Part shown: in pieces, positions 60,216-64,000 of the stretch | Layout: each line of letters begins with the position of its first letter | Numbering within the stretch: the stretch's first letter is position 1 | DNA from: the human T2T-CHM13v2.0 reference genome, Homo sapiens | Direction: 5' to 3' (one strand) | Length of the DNA: 64,000 nt | Assembly (NCBI RefSeq): GCF_009914755.1 | Contig: NC_060928.1 | Program-made: the position numbers and the translations under genes | The notes under the pieces: generated by a model | Told to the model about the DNA's origin: nothing | Databases searched by the model: none | What the model saw: only the letters and a program-made list of their open reading frames with translations

Positions 60216-61572
60216 GCCTTCAATTTGGAATTGTATTAGATGAGCGAAACAAAGGTTTCCATCCTTAAGCGGCATACTTCCTGGAGGGGAGAAAGGAAAC
60301 AATAAAATAATAAACACAAAGAATTGCTATAGTGTGTTAGATGCTGATCAGATACTGTGGTGACAGGGAAAAGTAGGTCAATGTCACCTGTATGAGAGTG
60401 CTGTGCATGAAGGAGAGTTAGCTATGTGAAGTGGGTGGTCAGGGTAGGTATCTTGGAGAATGTGGAATCTGAGCAAACAGTTGAGGGAGTAGGCTTGGAA
60501 ATAGCATCCTCATCAAATTTCATTTCAGAGTGAATGGCTTGAGAAAGTGTATGGGGAAGGGACTGTCAAGCTGTAATTGCAAGGAAGCCAGTGACAAGTA
60601 GTGAGTGAAGAAAAATACTGGAGTAAGTTCAGAGAGTAAGTATATTTCCTCTAATTTGATCTTGGGGTTTCTCCAGAGAGTGGCTATATGCTCCAGCCCT
60701 GTCCTACCTCAACTCCAGGGGATTTGGTAGTGGATATTTACAGGGTGCCTTTGATGGGATATTTCTTTATCCTGGTGGATGGCCTAATGCCTAAGTGTCC
60801 AATCTGTGACCAGGAGTCCCTCTCATAGGAAACTTGTTTATACTGGCAAACACCCTTGTGGCTCTTGTCGGACCTATTTCCAGCTTATTCATGCCAAGAC
60901 TCTGTAGTCTTATTCTCCACTCTGTAGGAGAGCCCTGACCAGGAGAAAAGTTAAGTCCATGTGTTGGTAGAGTTTGACACAGAGGAGGCAACGCAACAAA
61001 AACACGTTAAATAACAGAAACAGTTTTATTACAGGTCCATGAGAGAAGATGGTACTGTTGAGGGCTGATGAGAAGGCTGCAGGGGCAGTGCTGCTCACCT
61101 AGCAGTTGAGGAGCCAGAGAGAGAGAGAGAGACCAATGGGCCAAGGCCTTTACTGCGGTCCAGTGCATTTCCCAAGGGACATTCTAGTTGGTGGATTTGG
61201 GATAAGCAGACATGAGTTCTGTGGGGTCACACTGTATGAGAGGTAGTCCTTGCAGCAAATGTGTACAGTCCCTGTGGGTTGTGCAGGTCAGTGGAGTGAG
61301 TCAAGTAGGTTTTATCTACATGTCCCATTAGGGAGGTGGTCACCAGGAGGCTGTTGTATAAGGCAGATACCTGGATCAAATACACTGAGGAACAGAAGTA
61401 GAAAACTGGTAACAGTATTAAGGGCAACCAAGCCCTGCTTATGGTATGAGAGAGTTAAACCCTTATTAAAAATGGATGTTTACAGCTCAGGAAGGCAAAA
61501 AATTAAAAAAAAAAAATGCTGAAGGCTGGACACAGAGGCTCACACCTGTAATCCCAGCACTATGGGAGGTCA

Positions 61573-61923
<351 letters not shown>

Positions 61924-62117
61924 TCAGGTAGCAGACGCAGAATAAAATCTGTGTAAGTGGATCTGCTCAGCTTGTACCCATGTTGTTCAAGAGTCAACTA
62001 CACACTACATCATCTATGAATTATTCTTGTTGCGGTGGCTCACGCCTGTAATCCCAGCACTTTGGGAGGCTGAGGCGGGTTGATCACGAGGTCAGGAGAT
62101 CGAGACCATCCTGGCTA

Positions 62118-62348
<231 letters not shown>

Positions 62349-63107
62349 TTAGCAAGCCTTTGTAACTAGCTCTCAGTTTACAGAAAATATGGGGGTCAAG
62401 GAATAAGTTAAGTGACCCAGGAAATGACACATAAATGTGTGAAATAATACAGGACAGTTACCTACTCTCCTCAACAAGGCAATGATATATTTTTAGTTGA
62501 AACCAATAAAATTTCTAAATGTAAAACATAAAACTTCTTTCAATCCAGATTTGAACAAACCAACTTTAAAAAGACATTTTATTTTATTTTATTTTATTTT
62601 TTTATTTTATTTTATTTTGAGATGGAGTCTTGCTCTGTCACCTAGGCTGGAGTGCAATGGCACAATCTAGGCTCACTGCAACCTCTGCCTCCCAGGCTCA
62701 AGCGATTCTCCTGCCTCAGCCTCCCAAGTAGCTGAGATTACAGGCACGTGCCACCACGCCCAGCTAATTTTTGTATTTTTAGTAGAGATGGGGTTTCACC
62801 ATGTTGCCCAGCCTGGTCTTGAACTCCTGACCTCAGGTGATCCACCCAACTCAGCCTCCCAAAGTGCTGGGATTACAGGCATAAGCCACGGCGCCCAGCC
62901 AAAAAGACATTTTATGAGGCACTTGGGGAATTTTCAATACATATTAAGTATAAAATGATACCAAGGAGGAAGCATTGCTTGTTTTGTTAAATATAATAAA
63001 GTTTATTTAAGATTATACCCATATTTGTTGGAGTGGGTACTTCCCCCCATTGACAGCAATTAAAGGGAGGAGAAAACAGGAATTAGTGAAATCCTGATGA
63101 ATGTTGA

Positions 63108-63823
<716 letters not shown>

Positions 63824-64000
63824 GGAGATATTGTCATTTGTGACAACATGGGTGGACCTGGAGGACATTAGGCTGAATGAAATAAGCCAGACACAGAAAT
63901 AAAACTATGGTGGCTGGGCGTGGTGCCTCACGCCTGTAATCCCTGCACTTGGGGAGGCTGAGGAGGGTGGATCACGAGATCAAGAGATCGAGACCATCCT

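Overview
Human (AluYb8 present), repeat-dense genomic DNA. I recognise it as the TRIM60 cluster region (4q32.3; location from memory). The only clearly intact protein-coding gene is TRIM60 (single coding exon 57555-58970, RING/B-box/coiled-coil/PRY-SPRY). Four broken TRIM paralogues surround it: an orphan coiled-coil+B30.2 remnant at ~4.7-5.4 kb, a TRIM75-like pseudogene at 28.1-29.5 kb, and an inverted pair at 34.5-35.2 kb and 43.2-44.4 kb. Mobile elements: a HERV-K(HML-2) solo LTR5 (8042-9009), a 7.2-kb defective type-1 HML-2 provirus (13347-20576), an antisense SVA with a clear 3' transduction (36467-38439), RPL21 and RPS10 processed pseudogenes, and roughly 50 Alus plus L1/MaLR/Tigger fragments. 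The most informative observations are the SVA 3' transduction, the TRIM75-like pseudogene that keeps TRIM60-like gene signals and an intact RING ORF, a possibly extinct TRIM lineage split over three copies, and several oddities of the provirus (microhomology pro-pol deletion, Delta292 without the np9 donor, an old Alu in integrase, an LTR conversion signal, mismatched TSD). I see no evidence for a wholly new biological system. All alignments and counts were done by eye.
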